Source of the DNA: Flavobacteriales bacterium | GTDB lineage: Bacteria; Bacteroidota; Bacteroidia; Flavobacteriales_D; Crocinitomicaceae | NCBI GenBank assembly: GCA_046070685.1 | Contig: JBJTMU010000010.1 | Span: 18,480-82,479 of the forward strand | Length of the DNA stretch: 64,000 bases | Reading direction: 5' to 3' | Shown: one piece after another, positions 45,701-54,381 of the stretch | Layout: every line of letters starts with the position of its first letter | How positions within the stretch are numbered: position 1 is the stretch's first letter | Notes under the pieces: model-generated | The model's database searches: none | Told to the model about the DNA's origin: nothing | What the model saw: only the letters and a program-made list of their open reading frames with translations | Position numbers and translations under genes: made by a program

Positions 45701-47071
45701 AGCAAGGACTTCATCGTTATTCAAAGCGTTATTGAGGGAGATATATCCCAAAAGAGAGTTGTATGTAAATTCTGCTTCCGTCAGTTTTCGAGCATTCTCA
45801 ACTTTTTCAAAATCAATTGCTTGACGAAAAGGACCTGGAGCATTCACTTGTGTGGAAAGCGCTGTCACCGAATTTACGAAGCTTCGAACCATTGGTTGAT
45901 TTGCAGCCCAATCGTATAATCCGTTTGCTTGATTATCTGGAATTTCTGAACCGGCATAAGATCCGGGGCTACCTTGACAGTTGATAGGAAGGGCTTCACC
46001 TAAATCGGAGAATGCAACGATGTTACGAGTGTTCTCCGTATTACTCGTTCGATTCGTTACCCAAACTTCAATTCTCGTGATAAACATCGTCGAATTCACC
46101 ATTGGAAGAGTCGACATGGCGGTATCGTAATGTTGTTGATGATAAAGGTTTAAGAAGTAATGTTTGTTTGCTTCATAGTTATCAGCAGTAATTTCAAATT
46201 TTTGAATTTGTGCTTTTCCGGTGACGTTGATTTCAGTTCGTTTTCCTTTCGAAGCTGCAGCAATTAAATCTACTGTTGAACGACCAAATTTTAATTGTGT
46301 TTTAACACCAAATAACGTTTGGGATCCTTGAATTAGCGAAGTAGGAAGATCCAAAGTGACATTTCCGAGGGCAAGTTTTTGCAATATTTCATCCTCTTTA
46401 CCAGTATGCTCTATTTTAGAAATATTTTCGAAGTCAAAATTGGCTGCGGTATTGTATTTCATATTCAATTTCATCTTGGTCCCGATTTGACCAGTGATGT
46501 CCATATTGATGTTCTGATTGAAGTCGAAACGTGTAATATTGCGTTGCCTCATGGGAAGCAAAGGGTTATCTACACGAGAGTGATTGAGTCCGAGTGAAAG
46601 TTCTAAATTCCCTCCAGGAATAATTTTAATTTCATCCGAACCGAAAATACTTGAAAAGGCTTTACTTCCAATTTTTATAGGAAGTTCAAACGCGCGATTT
46701 TCACTCGATTGTTTTTCGATGAATTCTTGCCAATCCATTTTGGCAGATTTTTTCTCATTGTAATCCAAGTAATCCTCCAAGCTCATCATGGACGGATTTC
46801 GGTACAACAAGCCATTTTTACCTAATGTTTCTTTGAAGACATATTGACCTGTTTCCGGATCGAAAACAATGGTTTGCTGCATGGAAGTTGGATCTCCAAG
46901 GTCAAAACTTTGCGGTAAATTTTGGTAAGGGTTAAGTGGATTAAAAATGGGGAAAGGTAAATTTACTCCATTTTGCGCCTTCAAATTACTATGAAAAATG
47001 AACACAAACAAAGCCAAGTAAATAGCTTTTATTCCCTGCATTCGTTTCATTAAGTTTAGTAGTTTAGGCAC
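39722..47071 (-). CDS. sprA: T9SS translocon SprA (Sov)
   Basis: 2449 aa with a signal peptide. The N-terminus LPFPIFNPLNP...FDLGDPTSMQQTIVFDPETGQYVF and the overall size and composition fit SprA. Confidence 0.9.
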   Translation of the reverse strand: MPKLLNLMKRMQGIKAIYLALFVFIFHSNLKAQNGVNLPFPIFNPLNPYQNLPQSFDLGDPTSMQQTIVFDPETGQYVFKETLGKNGLLYRNPSMMSLEDYLDYNEKKSAKMDWQEFIEKQSSENRAFELPIKIGSKAFSSIFGSDEIKIIPGGNLELSLGLNHSRVDNPLLPMRQRNITRFDFNQNINMDITGQIGTKMKLNMKYNTAANFDFENISKIEHTGKEDEILQKLALGNVTLDLPTSLIQGSQTLFGVKTQLKFGRSTVDLIAAASKGKRTEINVTGKAQIQKFEITADNYEANKHYFLNLYHQQHYDTAMSTLPMVNSTMFITRIEVWVTNRTSNTENTRNIVAFSDLGEALPINCQGSPGSYAGSEIPDNQANGLYDWAANQPMVRSFVNSVTALSTQVNAPGPFRQAIDFEKVENARKLTEAEFTYNSLLGYISLNNALNNDEVLAVAYEYTYRGQTYQVGEFSTDGASGQQALILKLIKPTITNPKNKIWDLMMKNVYSIGAYQVDQLGFKIDVYYNNKETSLLQPFMPFPGVDKKQIVTLLDMDKINQNNQPFSDGVFDFAPFNVVGNKIDNGGTINKKNGRIFFSTVEPFGKTLAAKLADVGIPQVNINKIAYTELYDSTKTAAQQIPSKNRFVFKGEFQSSVSSEIPLNVMNIPQGAVVVTAGGIRLIEGTDYTVDYAFSRVKILNTGILESNTPIKITIESNSVFGFQARSMMGGHYQYRLNENFKIGATAIRMMERPVTQKVDFGNEPFKNTILGTDFSFRSNVPILTKLVDLLPVISTNQMSTISLTGEYAHLIPGQPKAINKSGTSYVDDFEASQSAIDLRQFSAWRMASIPQGQPDLFPEASSKKLNSGFKRAKAVWYTIDPVFYQSTSLTPQHIKQNPAMLTDSRMRLVNQVDIFPNLQQQYGSIQNIPILELAYYPSERGMYNYDTTSTIDSLGYFTNPENRWGGIMRGLTTNDFEVANIEFIQFWVLDPFNEDAENANPNTLHTGGDLYFNLGNISEDVLPDSRKSFENGLPPTTDVPLTDNMDTTAWSRISTQQIVVNAFDNDPAARVNQDVGIDGWKDNQEVTAHQAYVNWVQNNPTLNAATKARMIADPSNDDYTYYLDDNYDSEQLNILKRYKRYNGMEGNSPTSAMSDTANQAGYPTQASNQPDNEDINQDNNLAESESYFQYHVSMRPNDLQQVGNNFITNKQVYQNGTKTETWYQFKVPVKAFEKRVNGIQDFRSIRFMRMYLKNFDEEVVLRFARLELIRGEWRRYSQDLNQPGLSVQTDPNLTTFNIAALNIEENGQRQPINYVIPPGITREIDPSQVYQRQMNEQSLVLEVCNLQDGDARAAYRNVQFDVRTYKKLKMFVHAESVVQNQLKENELSVFIRLGTDYVENYYEYELPLKVTDWGATNPETIWPELNNVEIIFDDLLNLKTERNKKVEQGAPGVSYINEYEITDPQNAQRKLKVKGSPNLQGIRTIMIGVRNPLKTDPDNIWQPDAGDAECVNVWVNELRLTDFVSDGGDAAIGQMQVQLADFANVSASGNYSGINWGSVDSRVQDRQRNQKIGFDMNTTVQLGQFFGKQARVSLPFFYGYSLGLINPEYDPFNPDIKLSSYDMATRRERAKLGQDFTERRSYNFTNVRKEAKAGTKAQFWSISNWSATYAFAENLKHDFNITADRTKTWTGALNYNYTFAGKAFEPFKKWEPVQKSPWLKWVKEFNLFLLPKNITFTNDYSRIYNERQVRNIVVPTYQFDPIYLKRFDWNRNYQVGYDLTKNLKATFSATNKSIFVEGNHGVDRVTNPAGYREFMDTIRSQMNTFGRTMDYTHNYSVSYNIPLDKFPLTSWITANAKYAGTFNWQRAPLGQAPFGNTIQNNRTINMTLQGNLVTLYNKVPYFKRVLSDGKGMKGAVNSKVGSEGGDGAAKPKPGPAKLPEFKPEKPVEEMTEKELKQYERQKKRFDRKQLRLQEIKDKEKEKVNPIGGFIARLIMSVRNVSGTYALTDGTMLPGYNQESSILGMNGSSLGMSAFVFGKQGYDLLGRSNGYNVSTLARDNQWLVQNENLNKQFTTTHTANLQLKATLEPIKDLNVNLNLSRNYSANSGEFYRWNSTTNAFESQSKFETSTLTYTTVTWGSAFIKEGANFSSTVFQNMLNNRQQVSQLLGSQNPNATLLPNGYYSGYSGSQQEVVMGAFLTAYTNSSIDSKSIHPLSNVPMPNWTINYNGLSKFAFAKDVVKSFKLNHGYSSSVTVNGMQTNLNATVDANGHATAQDINNNFIAPMQIQNITISERFSPLIGMLATWNILGKNITTNFEYKKDRQTTLSLNNNQVTEVLGKEIVVGTVINVPKLKLPVRSLKPSDLLININFSFRDNSTVIRKVIEQTNQATAGQTTVSFKLDANYKLSDHLSAIFYYEQFLNTPKVFISYPTGNLKTGITLRFDLNGLK

Positions 47072-47081
47072 TCTTTAGTAG

Positions 47082-47657
47082 TTATAAATTTCTTAATGCT
47101 TCTTTAATTAGTTCTTCCACACTTTGGGTTCCCGTATCGATTTTATCCAATACCTTATCAGCGGACTTTTTATCAAATCCGAGGGAGACCAATGCATTTA
47201 ACGCATCAAAACGATTTCTATTGTTTGAAGTGAAAATATTTTCTGAAGAAAGTTCCATTTTAGCTACTTTACTTTTCAAATCAATGATCACTCTTTGCGC
47301 TGTTTTCGTTCCAATACCTTTGATTTTTTGAATGGTTGTTACATCCTCACTTAAGATGGCTTGTGCAATTTCATCTGGAACCAGGGATGATAACATGATC
47401 ATGGCTGTATTCGGACCAATACCCGAAACACTAATCAGGTGATTAAACATTTCACGTTCTTCTTTATTGGCAAAACCATAAAGAATATGTGCATCTTCAC
47501 GAACAATTAATTTGGTAAAGACTTGAACCGCTTCGTCGTTACCTAACTGGGAGAACGTATTCAGTGATATTTTCACTTCATATCCAACTCCACCACATTC
47601 TATTAACAAGTCTGTGGGGTTTTTCTCAATCAATCGCCCGTTTAGTCTGCCTATCAT
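47082..47657 (-). CDS. ruvA: Holliday junction DNA helicase subunit RuvA
   Basis: MIGRLNGRL...GGVGYEV start, HhH motifs (VSGIGPNTA, IKGIGTKTAQR) and a C-terminal domain III. Confidence 0.92.
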   Translation of the reverse strand: MIGRLNGRLIEKNPTDLLIECGGVGYEVKISLNTFSQLGNDEAVQVFTKLIVREDAHILYGFANKEEREMFNHLISVSGIGPNTAMIMLSSLVPDEIAQAILSEDVTTIQKIKGIGTKTAQRVIIDLKSKVAKMELSSENIFTSNNRNRFDALNALVSLGFDKKSADKVLDKIDTGTQSVEELIKEALRNL

Positions 47658-49924
47658 TTCTCGTTATTTTGTGCGTCGATGACGGCAATTTTAATCATGT
47701 TGGAAATTTCTCTCACCGAAGCACCTAATTGCATCACATGAATGGATTTTCTTAATCCAATTAAAATTGGACCAATCGCATCTACTTCATTCATTTGTTG
47801 TAGTAGTTTATAAGCAATATTTCCAGCCGATAAATTCGGGAAAATCAAGGTGTTTACTTCTTTATTGGCAAGCGTAGAGAAAGGGAATTTTTCATTCATT
47901 AGTTCACCATTCAAGGCAAAATTGGCTTGCATTTCACCGTCCACAATGAGATTCGGGTGTGATTCATGTAAAATTTCTGCCGCCTTCGCCATTTTCTCTG
48001 GATCTGGTCCTGGTGAGGAACCAAAATTGGAATAACTTAACAAGGCAATTCTTGGCGTAATTTTTAAACGACGAATGATTTTTGCCACATTCACGGTAAT
48101 TTCTGCAATTTGTTCTGCCGTTGGATTCAAATTTACGGTTGTGTCAGCGAGAAATAATGGGCCTCTTTTGGTATTCAAAATGTACATTCCCGCGACAACG
48201 TTCACGTCTTTCTGCATTCCGATGGTACGAATTGCAGGTCTAACGGATGAACGATAGCTGCGCGTAACACCTGTAATCATGGCATCTGCATCTCCACGAT
48301 CGACCATCATTGCGCCAAAATAATTTCTTTCACGCATCAATGAAATGGACTCGAATTCTGTCATTCCTTTGCGTTTGCGTTTCTCAAAGAACTCAGACCC
48401 GTAAGCGATTCTTCGTTTTTCTTCCTCGTCTGATTTGCAATCAATGATTTGAACTTCTGGTAATTCGATGCCATATTCGGTCATCAAATCTTGTATTTTT
48501 TGTTTGCGACCTAAAAGGATGGGCAATGCAACCCCTTCTTCATACGCTTGTTGCGCCGCTTTTAAGATTTTAATATTGTCGCCTTCTGGGAAGACAACTG
48601 TTTTTGGATTTCCTTGCGCTTTGGTTGTAATATTTCTCAATAATTTATTATCTAAACCAAGACGACTCTTCAATTGATTTTCATAATCTTCCCAATTTAA
48701 AATAGGAAATTGAGCAACACCGGAGTCCATCGCTGCACGAGCAACTGCAGGAGCCACATAGTAAATCAAACGTGGGTCTAATGGTTTAGGGATAATTTGT
48801 TCACGTCCAAAGGAAATGTTTTTTCCACCGTATGCTTCAATTACTTCTTCAGGAATGGTTTCTTTCGCAAGTGAAGCAATCGCTTTCACAGCTGCCAGTT
48901 TCATTTCTTCATTGATTGTTGTCGCTCGAACGTCTAAAGCTCCTCGGAAAATGTAAGGGAAGCCCAATACATTATTCACTTGGTTAGGATGGTCTGATCG
49001 TCCAGTCGCCATGATAATATCTTTACGAACGGACATCGCCTCCTTGTATGAAATCTCAGGCTCTGGATTAGCTAAAGCAAATACAATGGGGTCCTTCGCC
49101 ATACTTGCGATCATATCCTTCGAAACAAGTCCTGCTTTGGATAGACCTAAAAAGACATCTGCATTTTTGAAAGCTTGTTCAAACGGAATATCTTTGGGAT
49201 GATTCGCGTAAAATGATTTCATTTCATCTAAATCTGTTCTTCCTTTGTGAATCAATCCTTTCGAATCGTATAGATAAAGGTTTTCTAATTGAACACCTAG
49301 TGAATGGTATAGTCTTGCACATGAAATAGCTGCTGCACCAGCGCCAGAAACAACAATTTTTACTTTGGAAATTTTCTTTTTAGCCAATTCCAGCGCGTTC
49401 AACAAAGCCGCAGAACTAATGATAGCTGTTCCATGTTGGTCGTCGTGCATGATCGGAATATCCAACTCTTCCTTCAAGCGTCGTTCGATTTCAAATGCTT
49501 CAGGTGCTTTGATATCTTCTAAGTTAATTCCTCCAAAGGTTGGAGCAATCGCCTTTACAGTTTGAATAAAAAGTTCTGGGTCTTTTGCATCAATCTCAAT
49601 ATCAAATACATCGATATCAGCAAATATTTTGAATAACAATCCTTTTCCTTCCATTACTGGTTTGGAAGCTTCTGGACCAATATCACCCAATCCTAATACT
49701 GCAGTACCGTTGGTAATCACTGCCACAAGGTTCGCCTTGCTGGTATATTTATAAACGTCCGCTTTGTTTTCGGCAATTTTGAGACATGGTTCCGCAACAC
49801 CTGGAGAGTAGGCAAGGGATAAATCACGTTGAGATGCATAAGGTTTTGTAGGGACTACTTCAATCTTTCCGGGTTTTCCAGAAGAATGGTAATCCAAGGC
49901 ATCTTGTTTTCTGATTTTCGACAT
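47654..49924 (-). CDS. maeB: NADP-dependent malic enzyme with phosphotransacetylase-like C-terminal domain
   Basis: The malic enzyme N-terminus reads [15 protein letters not shown]...[10 protein letters not shown]. The NAD(P) motif is [13 protein letters not shown]-like domain of ~330 aa follows. Confidence 0.9.
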   Translation of the reverse strand: MSKIRKQDALDYHSSGKPGKIEVVPTKPYASQRDLSLAYSPGVAEPCLKIAENKADVYKYTSKANLVAVITNGTAVLGLGDIGPEASKPVMEGKGLLFKIFADIDVFDIEIDAKDPELFIQTVKAIAPTFGGINLEDIKAPEAFEIERRLKEELDIPIMHDDQHGTAIISSAALLNALELAKKKISKVKIVVSGAGAAAISCARLYHSLGVQLENLYLYDSKGLIHKGRTDLDEMKSFYANHPKDIPFEQAFKNADVFLGLSKAGLVSKDMIASMAKDPIVFALANPEPEISYKEAMSVRKDIIMATGRSDHPNQVNNVLGFPYIFRGALDVRATTINEEMKLAAVKAIASLAKETIPEEVIEAYGGKNISFGREQIIPKPLDPRLIYYVAPAVARAAMDSGVAQFPILNWEDYENQLKSRLGLDNKLLRNITTKAQGNPKTVVFPEGDNIKILKAAQQAYEEGVALPILLGRKQKIQDLMTEYGIELPEVQIIDCKSDEEEKRRIAYGSEFFEKRKRKGMTEFESISLMRERNYFGAMMVDRGDADAMITGVTRSYRSSVRPAIRTIGMQKDVNVVAGMYILNTKRGPLFLADTTVNLNPTAEQIAEITVNVAKIIRRLKITPRIALLSYSNFGSSPGPDPEKMAKAAEILHESHPNLIVDGEMQANFALNGELMNEKFPFSTLANKEVNTLIFPNLSAGNIAYKLLQQMNEVDAIGPILIGLRKSIHVMQLGASVREISNMIKIAVIDAQNNEK

Positions 49925-49942
49925 TCCAATAATTTAGGGGAA

Positions 49943-49950
49943 CAAATATA
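49943..49950 (-). promoter_or_regulatory. Candidate -7 box TATATTTG for maeB
   Basis: Plus-strand CAAATATA lies 18 nt upstream of the maeB ATG. A TTG is present about 24 nt further upstream on the minus strand. Confidence 0.4.
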
Positions 49951-49970
49951 CGAAAACGAGCCGAATAGGG

Positions 49971-50020
49971 AAAACAAAAATCCTCGCAAGTGACAGACGC
50001 ATCTATCTCTTACGAGGATT
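49971..50020 (-). terminator. Probable terminator after sucB
   Basis: 8-bp stem AATCCTCG / CGAGGATT (49979-49986 / 50013-50020) with a large 26-nt loop, followed on the minus strand by TTTTTGTTTT. Confidence 0.45.
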
Positions 50021-50036
50021 CATTCATATTGATCTT

Positions 50037-51296
50037 TTAAATTCCGAGAAGAACTTCCAATGGATCTTTTGATCCGAAAATCATTCTTTCTGGATGCTCT
50101 AACATTTCTTTCACTTTTACCAAGAATCCAACTGATTCTTTTCCATCAATAATTCGGTGATCGTAAGAAAGCGCAACGTACATAATTGGACGAATTTCAA
50201 CTTTTCCGTTGATCGCAACCGGTCGTTCTACCACATTGTGCATACCTAAAATTGCGGATTGTGGTGGGTTAATGATTGGAGTTGATAACATCGATCCAAA
50301 AACACCTCCATTCGTAATGGTGAAGGTTCCCCCTGTCATGTCTTCCGGAGTGATTTTACCGTCACGAGCTTTGATTGCCAGGCGTTTAATTTCGCGTTCG
50401 ATTTCCGCCAATGACAGTTGTTCTGCATTACGAACAACAGGAACCATTAATCCTTTTGGAGATGAAACGGCAATTCCGATGTCTGCATAATCATGGAAAA
50501 TCATTTCATTTTCACTAATTTGTGCATTTACCGCTGGATATAAATTTAATGCTTCCGTCACCGCTTTTGTAAAGAAGGACATGAATCCTAAATTAACTTC
50601 ATGGTGTTTCGCAAATGCATCTTTGTATTTCGCACGCAAGTCCATGATTGGTTTCATATCGACCTCATTAAAGGTCGTTAACATGGCTGTTTCGTTTTTC
50701 ACAGATACCAAACGCTCCGCAATTTTGCGTCGAAGCATTGACATTTTCTCACGGCTTTGGTTACGTGATCCACCCCAAGCTTTTGCCGCTTCAGTAGAGA
50801 ATCCAGCAGACATCGCTTCAATAACGTCTTGTTTTGTGATGCGACCATCTTTGCCGCTTGCTTTGACCTGATTGGCATTCACGTTGTTTTCCTTCATCAT
50901 TTTCGCTGCCGCTGGTGAAGCAGATCCTGCAGCATAAGAATCCGTTTTAATTGGATCTGGATTTGGAGCAGGTGTTGCTTTTTCTTCTTTTACTGGTGCG
51001 GAAACTTCTGCTGCCGGTTTTTCAACAGGTGGAGCTGAACTTCCAGCCGGTTTCGCTGCAGATGTATCGATTAAACAAACAACTTGTCCAACTTTTACCA
51101 CATCACCTTCTGCGGCTTTCAGTGTAATGATACCACTTTCTTCTGCAGGAAGTTCAAGCGTTGCTTTGTCAGAATCAACTTCTGCGATTGCTTGATCTTT
51201 TTCTACGTAATCACCGTCTGACACTAACCATGTCGCGATTTCAACTTCTGATATTGATTCGCCCGGACTAGGGACTTTCATTTCTAAAATAGCCAT
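50037..51296 (-). CDS. sucB: 2-oxoglutarate dehydrogenase E2, dihydrolipoyllysine-residue succinyltransferase
   Basis: Lipoyl domain ([13 protein letters not shown]), Ala/Pro linker, and catalytic domain with SYDHRIIDG. Confidence 0.92.
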   Translation of the reverse strand: MAILEMKVPSPGESISEVEIATWLVSDGDYVEKDQAIAEVDSDKATLELPAEESGIITLKAAEGDVVKVGQVVCLIDTSAAKPAGSSAPPVEKPAAEVSAPVKEEKATPAPNPDPIKTDSYAAGSASPAAAKMMKENNVNANQVKASGKDGRITKQDVIEAMSAGFSTEAAKAWGGSRNQSREKMSMLRRKIAERLVSVKNETAMLTTFNEVDMKPIMDLRAKYKDAFAKHHEVNLGFMSFFTKAVTEALNLYPAVNAQISENEMIFHDYADIGIAVSSPKGLMVPVVRNAEQLSLAEIEREIKRLAIKARDGKITPEDMTGGTFTITNGGVFGSMLSTPIINPPQSAILGMHNVVERPVAINGKVEIRPIMYVALSYDHRIIDGKESVGFLVKVKEMLEHPERMIFGSKDPLEVLLGI

Positions 51297-51319
51297 TTTT
51301 TCTCTTTTAAATTCGCTAA

Positions 51320-54031
51320 TTATTTGGCAAAAGCAAAAATGTCTTTAAACAAGTTTGCCAATCGTATTTCATGTAATTTTTTCGATCCTTCCGCTGATGC
51401 AGCTGAAGCTGAACGACAAATTCCTTGAATTGGAAGATGACGCATACTCATTGCAATGTGTGTCCAAGCACCCATATTTGCTGGCTCTTCTTGCGCCCAA
51501 AGGATGTTTTTTGCTTTGTATTTAGCAAGAATCGCGTCGATTTGTTTCTGTGGCAACGGATATAGTTGCTCGATGCGCACAAATGCCATGTTTTTTACGC
51601 CAAGTTCTTCCGCTTTTACTTTCATTTCATAATAGAACTTTCCGCTACACAATACCACCGTGTCAACTGATTTCGCATTTGCAGTTGGATCATCTAACAC
51701 CTCTTGGAATGAACCGCTAGCCATTTCTGCTAAACTTGAAGTAGCTGCTGGATAACGAAGTAACATTTTTGGAGAGAACACCACCATAGGTTTTCTAAAG
51801 TCTCTTTTTACTTGTCTTCTCAATAAATGGAAGTGGTTGGCAGGCGTAGAAGTATTGACAACTTGCATATTCAAATCGGCACATTGTTGAAGAAAACGTT
51901 CCATGCGTCCAGATGAGTGTTCTGCACCTTGTCCTTCGTAACCATGTGGAAGTAACATCACCAATCCACTTTGAGTTGCCCATTTATCTTCACCTGCGGA
52001 AATAAATTGGTCAATCATGATTTGAGCTCCATTGAAGAAATCTCCAAACTGTGCTTCCCAAATAGTCAAGGAATTTGGTGTGGCAAGTGAATAACCATAT
52101 TCAAATCCAAGCACTCCGTATTCAGATAACAAAGAATTATAAATGGAGAAGTTTGCTTGCTTTTCAGTTAACAAATTCAAGGTCTCAATTTCCTCTTCGG
52201 TGTCTTCTGTTTTCACTACTGCATGACGATGAGAAAAGGTTCCACGTTCCACATCTTGACCTGAAATCCGAACTGGGTGACCTTCTGTTAATAGGGTAGC
52301 ATACGCTAACATTTCCGCAGAACCCCAGTCTAATTTATCTTCTTTGAAAGCATTTAATCGATCTTCAAATATTTTGGCGATTTTTCGGAAGTATTTTTTT
52401 CCTTCTGGAAGGGTTGATAATTTCACCCCAAGCTCTAAAAGTTTCTTTTTGTCCAAACCAGTTTTTGGCGAGGCGTCAAAATCCTTTTCAGTCCCATGAC
52501 GGTATTTTTCCCATGTCAAACTTAAGAAATCATAAACCAACGCTTTCTCATTTTTTCGAGATGCGGTAAACTCATCTTCGAGAAACTGTTGGTATTCATC
52601 TTCAATTTTCTTTGCTTCCTCAGAACTCAAAATCGCTTCACGCTCCAATTGTTGCAAGTAAATATCTTTTGGATTGGGATGTTTAGCAATGATATTGTAC
52701 AATTTTGGCTGAGTAAATTTTGGTTCATCACCTTCATTGTGACCGTATTTTCGGTAGCACAATAAATCGATGAATATATCTCGGTGAAATTGTTGTCTAT
52801 ATTCCATGGCAATTTCGATGGTTTGAACCACCGCTTCAATGTCGTCTCCATTCACGTGGAACACTGGACAAAGCGTTGTTTTAGCCACGTCTGTACAATA
52901 TGTTGAAGAGCGCGCATCCAAATAATTGGTGGTAAATCCAACCTGATTATTGACAACAATATGAATGGTTCCACCAGCTCGGTAGCCATCTAGTTGCGCC
53001 ATTTGAATTGTCTCATATACAATCCCTTGTCCAGCAACTGCCGCGTCTCCGTGGATTAACACTGGGCAAACTTTGCTTTCCTCATGAAATACTTGATCAA
53101 TCTTAGCTCTGGAAATCCCTTCAACAACAGTGTTTACTGCTTCTAAGTGCGATGGATTAGGTGCAAGCGTGAGTCCGATTTCTTTGTCGCCGCTCATTTT
53201 GACATGCGAAGTAAATCCTTGGTGGTATTTCACATCCCCGTCAAAATAGCCATCGAAGTCAAACTGTTTTCCTTCGAATTCAGAGAAAATATCGCGTGGG
53301 CGTTTTTCAAAAATATTGGTTAGGGTATTTAAACGACCTCTATGTGCCATTCCCATGACGAAATATTCTACTCCAAGGCTTGAGCCCTTCTGAACAAGTG
53401 TATCAAGTGCGGGAATTAATGCTTCTCCACCTTCAATGGAAAAACGTTTTTGTCCAACGAATTTTTTACCAAGAAATGCTTCAAATCCGGAAGCCTGATT
53501 TAACTTCTTGAAAATTTGAATTTTACGGTTTTTGTCAAATGACGGACGATTGTTTAGTTCAATTTTATTTCGAAACCAATCAATGCGGTCTGGATCGCGC
53601 ATGTAGATGTATTCGATTCCAATGGATTGACAGTAAGTCAATTCTAGGTGCGCAATGATGTCACTCAATTTCGCGGCACCAATCCCAATTTCTTCACCTG
53701 CTTGAAATACTTCATTGAGGTCAGCTTCGCTTAAACCAAAGTTGCTAATATCAAGAGTTGGCGTATATTTTCTGCGTTCGCGAACTGGATTTGTTTTGGT
53801 GAATAGATGTCCGCGCGTGCGGTATCCGGTGATCAAATTCAAGACCTTAAATTCTTTGAGGTAGTTTTCCGGAATGACTCCTTTTTCATCGAAATTTGTT
53901 TGAGCGAACTCAAATCCCTCAAAAAATTTACTCCAACTAATATCTACGTTTTCTGGGTTCTGACGATATTGCTCGTACAGGTAGTTAATGGCGTTAACAT
54001 CGGCATTCCCTACATATGAAATCTTATCCAT
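51320..54031 (-). CDS. sucA: 2-oxoglutarate dehydrogenase E1 component
   Basis: The N-terminus reads [17 protein letters not shown]. ThDP-binding region and size fit E1. The start is taken at ATG 54031 because a promoter box lies inside the longer track ORF (to 54079). Confidence 0.9.
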   Translation of the reverse strand: MDKISYVGNADVNAINYLYEQYRQNPENVDISWSKFFEGFEFAQTNFDEKGVIPENYLKEFKVLNLITGYRTRGHLFTKTNPVRERRKYTPTLDISNFGLSEADLNEVFQAGEEIGIGAAKLSDIIAHLELTYCQSIGIEYIYMRDPDRIDWFRNKIELNNRPSFDKNRKIQIFKKLNQASGFEAFLGKKFVGQKRFSIEGGEALIPALDTLVQKGSSLGVEYFVMGMAHRGRLNTLTNIFEKRPRDIFSEFEGKQFDFDGYFDGDVKYHQGFTSHVKMSGDKEIGLTLAPNPSHLEAVNTVVEGISRAKIDQVFHEESKVCPVLIHGDAAVAGQGIVYETIQMAQLDGYRAGGTIHIVVNNQVGFTTNYLDARSSTYCTDVAKTTLCPVFHVNGDDIEAVVQTIEIAMEYRQQFHRDIFIDLLCYRKYGHNEGDEPKFTQPKLYNIIAKHPNPKDIYLQQLEREAILSSEEAKKIEDEYQQFLEDEFTASRKNEKALVYDFLSLTWEKYRHGTEKDFDASPKTGLDKKKLLELGVKLSTLPEGKKYFRKIAKIFEDRLNAFKEDKLDWGSAEMLAYATLLTEGHPVRISGQDVERGTFSHRHAVVKTEDTEEEIETLNLLTEKQANFSIYNSLLSEYGVLGFEYGYSLATPNSLTIWEAQFGDFFNGAQIMIDQFISAGEDKWATQSGLVMLLPHGYEGQGAEHSSGRMERFLQQCADLNMQVVNTSTPANHFHLLRRQVKRDFRKPMVVFSPKMLLRYPAATSSLAEMASGSFQEVLDDPTANAKSVDTVVLCSGKFYYEMKVKAEELGVKNMAFVRIEQLYPLPQKQIDAILAKYKAKNILWAQEEPANMGAWTHIAMSMRHLPIQGICRSASAASAEGSKKLHEIRLANLFKDIFAFAK

Positions 54032-54055
54032 GCGCTTCAATCCTTTTTTGCTCGA

Positions 54056-54063
54056 CAAAGTTA
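54056..54063 (-). promoter_or_regulatory. Candidate -7 box TAACTTTG for sucAB
   Basis: Plus-strand CAAAGTTA is an exact TAnnTTTG on the minus strand, 24 nt upstream of ATG 54031. Confidence 0.4.
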
Positions 54064-54334
54064 GGAATTTGCTGTTCAAATGAAGAAAATGTTAAGCGAT
54101 GATTAAGTGGCCAAAAGAATCATGAATTCAAGAAAATCCCGTGAATTATGAATTCATATAATGAAATTAGACTTTTGTATTTTTCTTTATTTATCTAGGG
54201 ATATCAATCATTTTTAATGAGAAAATGAGCAATTCAAATCCTTGTTGCATTTCACTTCTACCAATTGAATCAATTAAAAGAACGCAAAAAAAATGCGTAG
54301 TAAATAATTCATTTCGATACTTGATTTTTAGCGC

Positions 54335-54363
54335 AAAAAAAAAGGCTCCAAACTGGAGCCTTT
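54335..54363 (-). terminator. Intrinsic terminator after the T9SS serine protease gene
   Basis: 9-bp stem AAAGGCTCC / GGAGCCTTT with a 5-nt loop, followed by a T run on the minus strand. Confidence 0.75.
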
Positions 54364-54381
54364 GAAATTCAGTTAAATTGC

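Noticed and set aside
54032-54079. 16-codon extension of sucA (MNSKFLTLSSKKGLKR).
   Set aside because: A TAACTTTG promoter box at 54056-54063 lies inside it. The conserved E1 N-terminus begins right after Met17.
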